Part shown: piece after piece, positions 47,046 through 61,338 of the stretch
Layout: each line of letters starts with the position of its first letter
Position numbering within the stretch: position 1 is the first letter of the stretch
Assembly (NCBI GenBank): GCA_000320545.1
Contig: ADNK01000619.1
Span: 1-64,000 of the forward strand
Origin: Bigelowiella natans CCMP2755
Taxonomy: Eukaryota > Protista > Cercozoa
DNA length: 64,000 nt
Direction of reading: 5' to 3'
The notes under the pieces: model-generated
What the model saw: only the letters and a program-made list of their open reading frames with translations
Databases searched by the model: none
What the model was told of the DNA's origin: nothing
Program-made: the position numbers and the translations under genes

Positions 47046-48261
47046 TCAATAGAAGATTGGAGCGCCACATTTGCACGAATTCCTCCTGCCCATGCAAACA
47101 CGGTCATAGACTGGGTTCTTGGCTGCAAAAGACTTCTCCCTTGGAGTGTTAAGAAGTAAGGTTTCCGCCCAAGCTTTGAGGCGGGGGTCCTACGATACGT
47201 ACACCATGCGAATAATAAGTCAGAGCAGTAGAGTAGTAATTCGGTGTATAGCAGCAGCAGCAGCTGCAGCAGGAGACTTGTTCACTCTCAGAATGCTCTT
47301 GCTCCTTCGAGTTTTCATCAGTTGTTTGTCGCACAGGAGGAAGCAGGACGACTGTTAGGCGAACAATAAGCGACAGATCGCCACCCCACCCCCCTCAACC
47401 CCCCTCCCCCCCACTCTCACTACCACTGTTACTACGTGTAGTGCTACTGCAACCACCTTGTGGATATTTTGGTACAAGTTGTAAAGACGGACGGAGAGAA
47501 TAGCGTCGGTAGCTGCATCGTGGGGTTCCCTCTGAGGAAGTGAAAGGAGACTCTTTGCCTCGTGCTGTAAGCTGAAGTAGGTGAAGGATCTATATTTAGG
47601 GTTCTTCACCCTCCACAATCCAGCTAGATCACGCATTCCTGCAAAATCTTGGCCCTCGGTCAATTTTAGCCATTGTACATCCTAATCATCATCATCATCA
47701 TCGTCACCATTATCATTGTCGCATTATCAGCGGTGATGATTGGAATATATAACAGTAGGTGATGACGATGATGATGATGAGGTACTGCTATTAACACTGC
47801 TATTTTATTACCTTGAGGATGTTTTGCCCTACCAGAACAGCTTCCTTGGGCAATAAGCTCTTCACTTTGTCAACTGCCTCTTTCAACTATCATTATAGTA
47901 GTAGCAAGTAGTAGCAGTAATGGTAGTAGTAGTAATAGTAGTAGTAGTAGCAGTAAGATCAAGAACCAAAGGCGAATAATCATGTTAAACCGTCTTTTCA
48001 TCATCATCATCATCATCATCATGAACCAACCGGAATTCCCTTTTCTTCAATAAGCTCCTCAGTGAGACCAGTGAGAGCTGTCAGGTAGCTGATAAAAATC
48101 ATATCATAGACACGACGACGACGAAGACGACGAGGAGGAGGAGGGGGATGGTAATGACGATGATGACGATGATGATGATGATGAGGATTTAATGACACAT
48201 GTACACACACACACACACACAGAGTGAGAGGAAGAGTGAGAGGGAGGGAGGGAAAGAGAGA

Positions 48262-48306
<45 letters not shown>

Positions 48307-48572
48307 ACCACACACACAGATGTATTGTTACGAAGACAACGAATGAAGAGGAATCATGATCATCATCATCAATTGAAATGGTCCTCCTCCTCCTCACTAG
48401 CTAATAATTATCCTGGCATCACCTTCCTCCTCCTCATCATCATCATCACTTTGTAGTATTATTACTACTAGTAGCTACTACCTAAAGACTTTTTCCTCTG
48501 GTTTGACATAAAGATTGCACTTGACTTGGCAGTTTTGATCCACCAATGCGATCTGTGCCACAGTCCTGCTCG

Positions 48573-48604
<32 letters not shown>

Positions 48605-48666
48605 AAGAAGAAGAAAGATGAAGATGATAAAACATCCATCGTTGTGATCATATATGAAGAGGACAC

Positions 48667-48699
<33 letters not shown>

Positions 48700-49788
48700 T
48701 ACACCTTTTGTTGTGTTGTGGTCCTGTGGCCACGCATTCAACGTCAATTGAGAAAATCGGTGCTTGAGAGGAGGAAGTATCTTTGCCATCAAGCGACAAT
48801 GATGACGACGAAGACGATGATGATGATGCAGGGATGAGGCATAGTTGGTTGAATAGCTGTGGAGCAATCACGAAGAGGGGGGGAGAGAAGGGGTCAAAAA
48901 ACAAAGGATGTTGTTAGTCGCTTGTGCATGATGTTGTTCCAATGGATGATGATGATGATGATATCTCTTTCATCTAAATGTCACTGCTTTCATGACCACT
49001 CATCACCACCACCACCATCATCGTCATCATCGTTACTAGTAGAATGACTACCTGGATTATTGAGCCTGTATTGATAGTAGCACTACCGGAAGTGCCTGTA
49101 GTGCTATAGACTGATGATGAAGGAGTAATAATCTGGTGGTGCTGCAGCTGCTGTTTGTACGCGTTGGTAGCTGCAACTGCTGGCTGCTGATTCAGATGTT
49201 GGTGCATTACTACTTGCGTGTAATAATAGGGGGGGGGCACCGCAGCAGCACCAGCAGGAGCACGAATCAACTGCGGTGAGGAGGTGGCACCAGGAGCAGA
49301 GGAAGAAGTCTTTGTGGAAGAAGAAGAAGAAGAAGTGTCACGTACTGCTGCTACACGCAACATCCCGTTATTGGAATTGGCAGCTGCAGCAGTAGCATTA
49401 GTAGTAGCATTAGTAGTAGCATTAGTAGTAGCAGTAGTAGTCGAAGGTGCAATAGGAGGAGTTACAGCAGCCATCTGAGGGCGAAGATGATGATGATGAG
49501 GATGATGACGACGACGATGATGATGAGGATAGTGGATTTGCTGCTGCTGCTGCTGGTGCCCTGCTGCTCCCTAAAGACAGAGAAAAGGAGAAGGGGGGAG
49601 AGAGAGGGGGGGGGGGGGAGAAGGAAGAAAAAGGAAATAGAGCATAAGGAGGAGGAGAAGAAAGACAGGGATGACGATGTGGATGATGTTGCTGAAGACG
49701 ACTGCTCTGCTACTACAACAACTACTGCAGTACCCACATCATCGTCATCATCATCATAGTTGATAGTTGGTGATTATGGATGACGATG

Positions 49789-49847
<59 letters not shown>

Positions 49848-51222
49848 TGTCTATATCTGTCCTGACATGATTACTATGTACGACCTGAAGATGCATGTTG
49901 GCTAATCCTTGTTGCGCCATCATCACTAAGTTGGTACTACCAACTGTAGTAGCAGTACCAGACTGCTGCTGATGCTGCTGCATGGTATGTGGATAATAGC
50001 CGTACTGGTCATATGCAACTAAGAACTGGGGGGGGGAGGCTTGCTGATGTTGTAGGTAGCCTCCTGTTGTTGCCGCTGCTGCTGATGGTGGTGTGGCACT
50101 ACTCGATGTTATAATTGGCTGCTGCTGATGCTGCTGCTGATTGTGATGATGATGGCGACGATGATGGTAGTGATTCTGGTATTGCTTGTGATGTTGGTGT
50201 CGGCTGTTGCCGCTAGTGCTGCTACTGGTGGTGGCAGTGCTGCTAGTTGTAAATCCACCTGATCTCCTTCCACGACCGCCGCGATGGTTTCTTCTTCCTC
50301 CTCTCCCACGATGATGATAGTGCTGCTGCTGCTGCTGCTGACGATGATACTGACTGTGATGGTGTTCATTAACGTTTCCACCACGAATAATGCTGCCGTT
50401 TCTGCTATTGAGAGGGTGGGTACTATTATTTCCTAGTGCCCCCCCTCCTCGGTGATGGTAATGATGATTTTGATGTTGGTGATGCTGGCCGTGCTTCTGG
50501 TGCTGGTGATGACCTCCCCTACCGGTAGCATTTTGTCTCTTGTTGTTGCTAGTGGCCCCTCCTCCAGAATTAGACGATGGCGAAGAAGTCAAAGCTCCTG
50601 TTACTGTCGCAGAAGCAGCCATGCCAACGGCACCCTGTAAATTTTGATGTTGTTGATGATGCTTTCCCTTCCCTGAAGACTTGTGTTGCCTTGCAATCGA
50701 TGTCTTTTGTACTGACCCATCATCTTTGGTATCATGTGATTTTGAATGGATCGTCTGAACTTGCGAACTCGCTAGAGCTGGGGGCGAATTTTCAACGTCA
50801 ATTTTTTTGACCTTGTTCTTCTTCTTGCTGTTGTTATTGTTGTTACCATTGTGATTCTGAATCTTGTTGGGATTGGAGGAAGGGGTTTTGCTATGCATCG
50901 TTCTGAAGGGGATCGAAGGGTTATCCTCATTTTGAGGCTTTTTAGACGTCGAATGCTGCACTTTCTGAATTGCATGAGTACGGGCGGTGTTTACACTTGA
51001 CTTTTTTGTAGACGTATTCATTGAGTCTGGAGGCACAGAAGAAATGGTATGGCCGCCATGATCTAGTTTGGTAGCACTTTTGAGGAAATTTAGAGTTGGT
51101 CCTGGTTTGGTGGAGGTGGGGCCACTTTTACTGTTTTTTTCATTGCTATTTGTGTTTTTGCTGCTACTGCTGTTGGTAGAGGAACGCTTCATCACCGCAG
51201 CGTAAGATACTGTTGATGGCAT
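47046..51222 (-). CDS. DEDDh 3'-5' exonuclease (REX4/REXO-like) with a long N-terminal His/Gln/Asn/RGG low-complexity region
   Basis: IFSIDVECVATG (ExoI), LVGQNILKDVQWL (ExoII), HDAATDAILSVRLY (ExoIII). C-terminus VCMGRRNSCKCGAPIFY* (TGA 47046-47048). N-terminal exon is ORF 49774-51222. Confidence 0.88.
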
Positions 51223-51850
51223 GGGCCAGAGACAAACAAGCGTATTGCTTACGAAGTACTAAAGCGATAGCAGATGTACTATTCACCGAATAGCTTGAAA
51301 CATAGGATGATGGTTGGTCCTGTCGGCTCTATGGAACGATGTTGGCGGGGAGGAGTGATCGCAAATCCTGATGTTAAGATTCAGAGTTCGTTCCTTTTAC
51401 ATCCTAAAATAATCAAATATAGGTCGTTTATGTACCGAATAGCGTAGAAGGATCGTCGCACTGAAAATTCATTAAATGATAATTGTCGTAACCCGCCATA
51501 TCGTAAATGTGTGGCATAGATGGATAAACATAGGTTATTTTTCTTATACGACAACATAAATAATCCATGCGATGCTGATCGGTGTCGCTGCAACTGTGAG
51601 CTCAGAGCTGCTGCTCCTTGCGACGATGATGAAGTACATTCTCAGGCTGAAAAAAGCAGATCGAGTGTTCGAATTTGCTGAAAGGAAGGAGAACAACCTG
51701 TAAAACGCACTTACGACTACGTCACAATCTTGTCGCTTACAAAAAATGCGTAAACAATACAAACTGGACGGAACTGCTTTTCTGGTCGAACGAGCGAGTG
51801 TGCCGTCGTCCGCCTCCTGCTAGATCCACAACTACTACTTCCTACAAGGC

Positions 51851-52276
51851 ATGGCATCCGAATCCACTCGCAGCACAACAAACGATACGAAGAACACGCC
51901 CACCACCACGGATAGAAATCTCTTGTACTCTATCAATGCACTTTCAACGGCTTTGAAGGTAAAACCACCCTTGCAAAGCAATTCCACACTTTGTGCCGAC
52001 CTTTCTTTGCATGTGTAGGAGATACAATCGCTCCCCACTGGACGCAGGGTCTACGAGAGAGTTGGTAAGGGGCAAGTGTTATTTCTCGTTAAGGATCGCA
52101 CTGATCTCAAGACGCGCCTCAAGGCTCAACTCAAAGACTCCATCAAAGCCGCTAAAACCCAGACCTCAAGACAGGTTGGAGCGAATTCAACACTTTCTTT
52201 CATACATGCACGCGCGCGCGCGAGTCCAATTACTGCACAAAATGAGAATAATATTGGCAAATTAGGAATAATATGA
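51851..52276 (+). CDS. ASDURF-like beta-prefoldin microprotein
   Basis: Exon 51851-51958, a 60-nt GT-AG intron, and an exon from 52019 give ...LLYSINALSTALK|EIQSLPTGRRVYERVGKGQVLFLVKDRTDLKTRLKAQLKD. Human ASDURF as recalled: [40 protein letters not shown]. Confidence 0.72.
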
Positions 52277-52868
52277 AAGCGATGGAAATACACCATTGCT
52301 CACGAGCATGGGAATCCAAAAAGAAGGTCGATCGAAGCACCTTTATTACTGAATCGCTGCAGATAATATTGATAACTTACTTCGAAGCATTTCCACTTCA
52401 GATGTACAACAACAAGCAGAGCAGAGCGGCTTCTAGTTTTCTACTACTGATTTATCTCCTGCAACAATGATGAAGTGGCCCTCCTTTGTCTTCTCATTCC
52501 TCCTCTTCCTCTTCGTTCTCCTTGTTGTCATTACCTAATATTAGAGTCTGGTCCTTGCTGCTCTGATTACTCTTCTTCTCGGTACAGCCTCGACTACTTT
52601 CTGTAGCCGTAGATTCGGCTCAATAGTTGAAGGACTTAATGATGATGATGATGATGGTTCGTGGCGATCATCGAGGTACTGCATTTAATAACATCTATCC
52701 GCAACTAATGATGCGTGCATTGGACCGAATTATGATCAATTTAGTGGCTGAAGGATGTGTGCTAAACTTCCAGATCTATTATTTTCTTTGCTACGATATA
52801 TTTATATATCTATACTTCGATCGAGGTGTTTGGGTGCTGTTGTATACCTACCTCATCATAGATGGCAT

Positions 52869-52909
<41 letters not shown>

Positions 52910-54382
52910 TAGACGATAGACGTAATGATTATTTCTCCACATCCAGAAACCCTCCTGCTCCTTCCCTCGCTGCTGCTCCTTCTGCTGTTACTCCTCCGCT
53001 CAACATGTTGGACCAGACTTTGAATTTCGAGTGCCTCAAATTGCGTGGACGACGTCTTTCCGTAGGCTCGTCGATGCAACAAGGCGGCAGAATGAGGAAA
53101 GAATGGGAGGAAAAGCTCGACCAAAATCTGGTGGAGAGATGGAAGCGAGAGGCAGAACAAGGCCAAATTCACGCCCAGGTTGATCTTCATTCAAATCATC
53201 ATCGATTCGACGTATAGATAAATCATCAATGTTGTCTTTTTGGGAGACACGTAGTGTTAGAGCATATCAATCCACGATAACATGGATTTATAAGCGCATG
53301 CATCGTGATTCAAATGATCGCACACTACTATTTTTCAGTATGATCTTGGGATGGCCTACTTACATGGCAACGACTATCTGCAACAAGATACGCAAAAGGT
53401 ATTCTCTCTTTGTCCCACCACTGTTGTCATGATCCGACCACTATGAGGTATTCATTGTAGCACCCATCGTTCATTGATACATGATAAATGTGATTATGTT
53501 GCTATTTCTGATTGCATTTCTGTGGGCCCTTGAAGGCGTTAACATGGTTGCGAGAATCCGCTTTCTTTGGACACCCAAGAGCCAAGGATCAGCTTTCAGT
53601 CCTGCGTCAAGTACTAGTACTAGTAGTAGTAGCAAGCTAACAACTCGCGAAGTGCTTGAATGTTGTAGGTGCTTTAACACATAATGTTGATGAATGCTTA
53701 TATGTTATGATGGTGTTACAACAACATAGCAAGGTGTCGGTGTCAATGCGGAAGATCCGAAAGCTTTACTTTGGTTTGGAAATGCCGCCAGGTAGAAGTG
53801 CTGCAACTGCTGCATTATCATTATTATTATTATTATTATTATTGTTATTATTATTATCATGGTAGCAGTATTTGATGATGATGAGCTAGTAAGTTATAAT
53901 TAGCAATCACTGTAAGATACCATCAGTAGCTTTGAAGAGACAACATTAGACATCAAATATCAAAACAACTTAAAAGTCCGGTATTCCTTTGTAAAAATGG
54001 CAAATAATCATAATTCCTTACCTTTATTGGGTAATAATAATGATAATAATAATAATTATAATGTCTTTGGTCTGCTCTATGTCTCCCCGTTTTGTTTGTT
54101 CCTTCCTTCCGTTTGCAGAGATGGAAGTGCGGAAGCTGCAATATATTTAGTGTGAGTCAAATCGTATTATAACTGGTGTTGGCGCTATTTATTCTTTGTT
54201 TATTTCAGTACTGCCACATCATGGTACTAACAATGCTGATATCTCAGACAGAGCTTGTTGTTTTCTCATCATCAACTGTTTATTCCTTTGTGCGCTGCTA
54301 CTTCCTAGGAAACTAATCACCAAGAAAAAGATGATCAATGTGAACATACCACTTCATTTAATAGGTAATGGCATCTTCCCCT

Positions 54383-54431
<49 letters not shown>

Positions 54432-54543
54432 GAGGGAGGATGTTTGTGACTACACAAGTAACTAATCCAAACAGCGTCACGGGCATTTCATCGTTTGTTT
54501 TATTACCACCAAAGTATTATCTTCTCCTCATGTTCAATCATGT

Positions 54544-54575
<32 letters not shown>

Positions 54576-54730
54576 ACTTCCTCTTCTTCTTTCGTTGATA
54601 TATCGTTTATTTCTTCTTCTTCTTCTTCTTTTCCTCCTCCTCTTCTATGCTAGAGAGTTGGCTTGTGAAATATATACGGCTGACGGCATCATCATGTTCA
54701 ACAAATGGAACAGCTCCAAGAGCAATGTAT

Positions 54731-54764
<34 letters not shown>

Positions 54765-55365
54765 AGCACACCACAGTGTAGCGCCTTACCTAAGGAAACC
54801 CAGTATCATTCCGATTATTTGTTTAGACTACCAGTAGAACTACTAGCACGAATACTGCTGCTGCTGCTACTACTACTACTACTACTATCTTCTGCTGCTG
54901 CTGCTACTGCTGCTCCAACTAGCCGCCACAACAAAAATAACAATAGCAACAAGCACCTTAAAAGACATCATCTTTGCGCTATGCTTTCCCTTTATCCCTC
55001 ACTTTCTTCTTCTTCTTCTTCTTCTTTTTTCTTCTTTCTATCCTTCCACGATATTCATAGGTATAGCCTTGGAATCTTATACCTTCATATGCTTTCAGAA
55101 TTAATTGGTACTTATCGATCGTTTCTCTTCACTAGTCTTTGTAACAAAATTGTCTGCTTCTTCGACTTACTTTCTTCTTCTTCTTCTTCTTCTTTTTCTT
55201 CTTCTTTACTGTTTATCATGCATACTGTTTACCACTCTTCCTCCTCCCCCTCCTACTACTGCTACTGCTGCTGCTGCTGCTGCTACCTTCTAATCCCCTC
55301 CCAGGGCAAGGAAAAGGATCAAAGGAGACAACGATTTCGGTTCAGTATGATCCGGTATATATTTA

Positions 55366-55397
<32 letters not shown>

Positions 55398-56704
55398 TTA
55401 TTTTATGTTATTAGCATGTTATAAGTTGTTGTAGTAGCAGCCGCTCTATTTCTGTTGCTAGTAGCTGAGTAAGAGAGTTGTTCTTATTGTTAATTTGGTT
55501 CCATAACCAATGTAGGAACAACTGCAAAAACGAAGGGAGAGTTTAAGAAAAGAAGTGGAAGAGAATGAGTCGTTTCTTCGGCAATTGAAAAGTGAGGAGG
55601 AGGAGGAGGAGGAGGAGGAGGAGGAGGAGGAGAAGAAGAACAGCAAGAAGAAGAATTAATGATGCTTTTCTTGTTATGACACACATTTACGATCATCATC
55701 ATCAGCTATAAGGCTATCTCAATCATCAATAATCGTCATCATCATCATCTTCTTCTTCATCATCGTTCTCACCACCACCACCACCACCACCATCTCATCA
55801 TCCTCTTAAACCAAGTGATTCATCCTGTTGATTTGGTTTCGTGCTCGTGTTGCTTGTTTGCAGGTGGGGAACAGCCTGTGGAAAATTGGGGAAAAGGCGA
55901 AGAAGAAGAAAATGATCACGGGAGAAGAGGAGGAGGCAGAAGACCCAATAGCATTACAAAGGATGCTAATCACGCTACTAACACGGGGGGAAAGGAGAAA
56001 TTGGTGGATTTCCTCTCTGAGTACCTAACTCTAAAACATAAAGGAAGCTACGATGACTGTGATGATGATGATGATGGTGATGGTGACAAAGCCAACAACA
56101 ATCGTCAGAATAATGCAGCAGCAGCAGCAGCCGATGAAGTTGATAGTATAAACGGAGGAAGAGCTGCTCCCCCCCCATTTGCAGAGCTTGGCCTCGTGTT
56201 AAAGGGTATTCATTTCGTTGTTACAATGTGCTGCAAAAGAAGAAGACACAACAACACAACAAGATCATGCATGCACATATATTGTTCCTTTCAGAGATAC
56301 GATTTTAAGAAACAAGCCCTAATCCTCCTCCTACTGCAACGAATGCTTAACCGCCATTCGAACCAGATTTCTCTGATTCTCTTTTTGAGAAACTCCTTCT
56401 TCTTGTTGTTGGTCTCCTCCTCACCCTTGCTCACTTGCTCACTGACTCGTCCTACAGGAGGAGTGGTGGTTAAAGTAACTGAGGGGTCGCTACCGATGCT
56501 TCAAGGTGTAGCACCAGGCTTTGAGATCGTAAATACTGCTTCTGCTTCTGCTGCTGCTGCTACGTCGCCAATGCTTTCTCCTCCTCCTCCTCACCGAGAA
56601 GAAGAAGGAGAAGATGGTTCCGTCATCATCAGTAAAGGAGGAGGAGGAGGCACAACCAGCACCATGAATGGAGAGAATGCTGTTATGAGACTGAAGGTAG
56701 TTTT

Positions 56705-56735
<31 letters not shown>

Positions 56736-58215
56736 GCGGCATATGATGATGATGATGATGATTAAGTTATGATCATCGAGCTGCTGCTGCTGCTGCTTTC
56801 GAAAGAAAAGACAGATACTGTTGCATCATCGTCATCATTATCGTGCATACTCATCATCATCGTGTGTTTGTGGTAGGAGCTGGCACACGGTAAATCGAAG
56901 TTCTTCGTCGTCTTTCGTCGTGTAGAAACACAAGAACAAATCCGCAACAAAGCTTTGTTCTGGTTGAAGGTACTAATAGTAGAAGAAGAAGAATAAGACT
57001 GATACAACACCAACCAAGATCAATATAAAACGACTACGATAACTAAGTGTTCTTCTTCTTCTTCCACCACTTTTCTCACTATCATCACCATCAAGACATT
57101 ATATCATTAATTCGTGTGTTAGTAATATCTTCAATGATGTTATACCCAGACAAGTGCAGAGCACAATCAAACCGAAGCGCAGTTGGCCTTGTCGCACCTC
57201 CTCTACCCTTTTAACAGGACGAAAACGGTGCTCACCCACTGACACTATTTCACTCACACTTGTAGCACTAGTTGAAGTAGTAGCCGTTCGCATAATGGTG
57301 ATGATAGTAAAAATAATAACAATAATAATAATAATAATAATAATAATGATGACAAGGAGGAGGAGGAGGAGGAGGAGGGAGGAGGAGACTGTAAGCAGTC
57401 TTTGTTTGACTTTGTGTTGCTGCCGCTGCCACGGTCCCTTCCTTCTTCACTAGCGATGATTCCTGAGTGTGGATGGGCTAATGATGTTCTTGCCAGTCAC
57501 TGACCGACTGCTATTGACAGATTGAGGATAATGATTTAGCTTTCCAGCAGCTTTTTGTGCAGCAAGATCCGTTAGTTGCAGGAGGTCGGTGGTAGTCGAT
57601 TCTGTGTATATTATTATAGCAAATACTACTCTTGGTCTTAGCCCAGCATAGTTTCTGTTGTTGTTGTTGTTGTTGTTGTTGCTTGCTTGCTATTGTGGAC
57701 AACAACAGAAACAATGAATTTAAATTCGCTCGATAAAAGCAATTTTATCATCATCCATCATCTTCATCATCATCATCATCATCATCATTTTTGCTCTTTT
57801 TTGGTCTAGGAGTTCCTTCGGATATTGATGCCTCTAATCATTGGCTACGGTAATGATAACAGTGACACCATCATCATCATCATCGTCATCATCATCATCG
57901 TTCTTTTTCGTGTCGTAGGAATGATGATCATGATCATGGTGATGATGATCATGGATGTGTTTATATCTCTTTCTGGCCATTCCTCCTCCTCCTTCTCCCC
58001 AATACAAACTACTCAGGGCGGCTGCAAAGACAGGAGAGCCAAGAGCAATGTAGCATATGATTTTATCCATCGTCGTCATCATCATCATCATCATCGTCAT
58101 CCTTCACTCACACGTCGAGCAACACCATAATAACCTCATTTTGCAAGAGATTAATGATCAATCGGTCAACCACATCAATTGAGATCTAATGAGATTACTC
58201 ATAATGATGATGGCA

Positions 58216-58248
<33 letters not shown>

Positions 58249-59292
58249 CAGCATATTGCATTGCTGTTATTGTTGTTTCCCTTATAATTATTCCCCCTCC
58301 TCCTCCTCATCCTCCTTGCTGCTTCTTTATCTGATATGAGGTACGAGATTGGTCGCAGGTTGCTCGAGAGGATGATGTGGCATTCAGATCAAAGTTGTGT
58401 TCAGTTGTGTGTGCTAGTATCCTAGTAGTAGTAGTAGTAGTAGTTGTTGTTGTTGATACTTTTACGGTAGTGGTAGTATTAGTCAAGGAGGGGTAATAAC
58501 ACCAACAACGACAACGACGACTAGATATTTAGCGTGATTGTTGTGCCGCCCCTCATCATCACCATCATCATCATTATTATTATTATCATCATCATCATCA
58601 TGCGTTCCGCCTGATGATCAACACCGCACATACTACGAATATTTGTGTGCATTTTCACGATTATTAAGGCACGATCGATGTGGAGCAGCTTGAAAGCGAC
58701 ATGGATTGCATCATCAATAAGAAAAAGACGAAGAAGATGGAAGAGGAGGAGGAGGAGAAGAAGGAGGAGGATAAAGAGAAAGAACAAGTGAATAATGAAG
58801 CTGCACATGATAGTGGCGGTATTGAAGACAAGTCTTCTCCATGTTATTGGTTTCTTAGGTAGTACTATTTATCGTTGATTCCTTCACGGCGTGCATTTAG
58901 CTACTTCTCGCTCACTTACACACTCTCTACTCTACATTTCTCAGGGCGGCGGAGGGAGGGGATATCGATGGTAGATTTTACAGAGGAGACGCAATCTTCG
59001 CACACACACACACACACACATACATACACACACATATACAGATACACACATACACACCAATGCATCCGGTGTGTGTGTGTGTGTGTGTGTGAGTGCTTTT
59101 TGTTAAGTCACAGCGACAATCTACCTTAATGCATATTCTCTCGCATATGGCAAGTGCCACACTCCGAGAAACACCCTCTTGCTTCATCACACAGTGGACA
59201 GCCTCACCCCCTATGAAGCAATTCACTCACTCATGTTCATAGGCATGAGAGCTACTGCTTCATGTTACAAAGCTGGGAAATATGGGTCAGTG

Positions 59293-59332
<40 letters not shown>

Positions 59333-59668
59333 AGTTTCCGTGGTAAGAGTGGTGGGTTTGGTGGTGGATTCTGGTAACATGAGAGACTACTGTGAGTGTG
59401 AGTGTGTATGTGTGTGTGTGTGTGTGTGTGGTGTGTGTGTGTGTTTGTGCAGCATCGAGTCTTATTCTACTGTTATAACGATGATACTAGTAATAAGAGA
59501 GTGCGTGTGTGATGTCGTTCATTAGGGTCAAGACTTCAGACTACACTTCCGCATTGCATTGGTAAGCTTTTGTTGGTAGTTGAGAATAGATAATCATCAT
59601 ACCATCTTGGAATTGATCCACGATCATCATGCATTTCTAACTCCGTTGCAGTTATCCCTGCTCATAAA

Positions 59669-59712
<44 letters not shown>

Positions 59713-61338
59713 AACCTACTCCTCAGTATGTTGGATGATTGATATGAATCGCTCTCATCATCATCATCATCATCATCGTCGTCGTCATTGCTTCTTAAGG
59801 TTGAGAAAGGCACAGGAGGCAGGAGACATGATGTCTACTGTAACGATTGCTCAGATACTGTAATAAATACAGCAACATATAAATAAGATTGTGATGCCTC
59901 CATAGTTTTCATCACGACTACGACTCTGGAGAGGGGGGGGAAAGGGGGGATTAGGATTTGAAAGCAGATAGATTTGCGGAAGAAATAGAGGAGAAAGAGA
60001 AGAGGAGAACAAAGAATTGAAGTTATAAGAAGAGTCTGTCGTTTGTGGTGGTGCCAATTGGTATTTTGCTGTCTCAGTACTACTTACTGCTGCTTCCAAG
60101 ATTTCTTAAATAACAACGACTCACAACAACACGACGACGAATCCTATACAAAGATCTCTCATCATCGTCATCACCATCGTTCATCACATCAGGTATGATG
60201 GAGAAGGAGGTGTGGCTCCTAACTGCCGTCTTGCTGCCAGACTTTACAAGTTTGCAGCTCAGAAGAACAATCCCCAGGCACAGGTATTGGGAAGTAGAAA
60301 GTGCTGATGGTGAATCTTTTAAAGTAGTCTCTTCATAATTGTCACGGTGGAAGTAGTGATTGCCTGCCCCCTCCCCCTCCTCATCTGCAGGTATGGCTTG
60401 GCGCGTGTTACCAAGATGACTTGGTGGGCGGTTTCTCTTATGAAGATGATCATGAAGAGGCGGAGGAGGAGGAAGGGGAAGAAGAAGCACTCGATGAAGA
60501 TGCAGTCAGGGTAGTAAGTTGTTAGTCTTGTGCTGCTATTATATCGACTATATCATCATTATCATCGTCATCATTAGCATCGACGACTATGAGGTTTTGA
60601 TTTCAACATCTATCCTACCACGCACATGTAGCACCGGAAGGCTTTTAAATGGCTCCAGCTGGCTGCAGAGAATGGAGAGGTACGTTCGATGTAACAAGTG
60701 AGAATGATTAGTAACCACAATGAAATGATGTGAGGACATTATAATAATGAGCTTCTTCCATATTGGGTGGTTTGTTTTCTCCCTCTGTGTTATTCTTGTT
60801 CCTTGATATCAAATCAGGCTGAAGGGATGTATCGCCTGGGTGATGACTAATTACTGCAATCACAGCAAAAATGATAATCATGATCATTATCATCTCAAAC
60901 ATGGCGACGACCATTTCTTTTTGATACTGAATGAGCCTCAATGCTGTTTATATTTTCGTCCCTATCCCTACTAATTATTGTATGTGTGTGTGTGTGTGTG
61001 TGTGTGTTCTCTGTTTCTACCGATTATCATAAACGAAGGACTATGCTATTTGAGAGGCGAGGGAGTCAATGGAGGAGAAGATATATCTGAGGGCAGAAAA
61101 TGGCTTTTCAAAGCAAGGTAGGGAGATGCAAGGCCATCAAGTTGAGATAGATTAATCATGATGAGACGTGTGTACTCGCTAAAGATGATGATGTTTTTTG
61201 TTATTTCAATGTTGCTGATCTTCCTCGAGTTTCATTGTTGATTTCGTTATCATTTGTAGTGAAAGGGGATTTGAGCCAGCAACTGACCACTTGAGAAGCA
61301 TGGGAATGATTGATAGCAATACGACGAAGATCGAGTAA
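52273..61338 (+). CDS. Large Sel1-like repeat protein with a central PDZ-like segment; many exons, start tentative
   Basis: WKREAEQGQIHAQ|YDLGMAYLHG, ALLWFGNAA, YSLGILYL, YDGEGGVAPNCRLAARLYKFAAQKNNPQAQ, GFKWLQLAAENGE, LCYLRGEGV..GRKWLFKA. PDZ-like ELGLVLK..GVVVKVTEGSLPMLQGVAPGFEI. Ends ...NTTKIE* (61336-61338). Confidence 0.78.

Noticed and set aside
42878-59525. Many poly-M/H/L/S/D ORFs in the track
   Set aside because: Translations of intronic trinucleotide and dinucleotide microsatellites.
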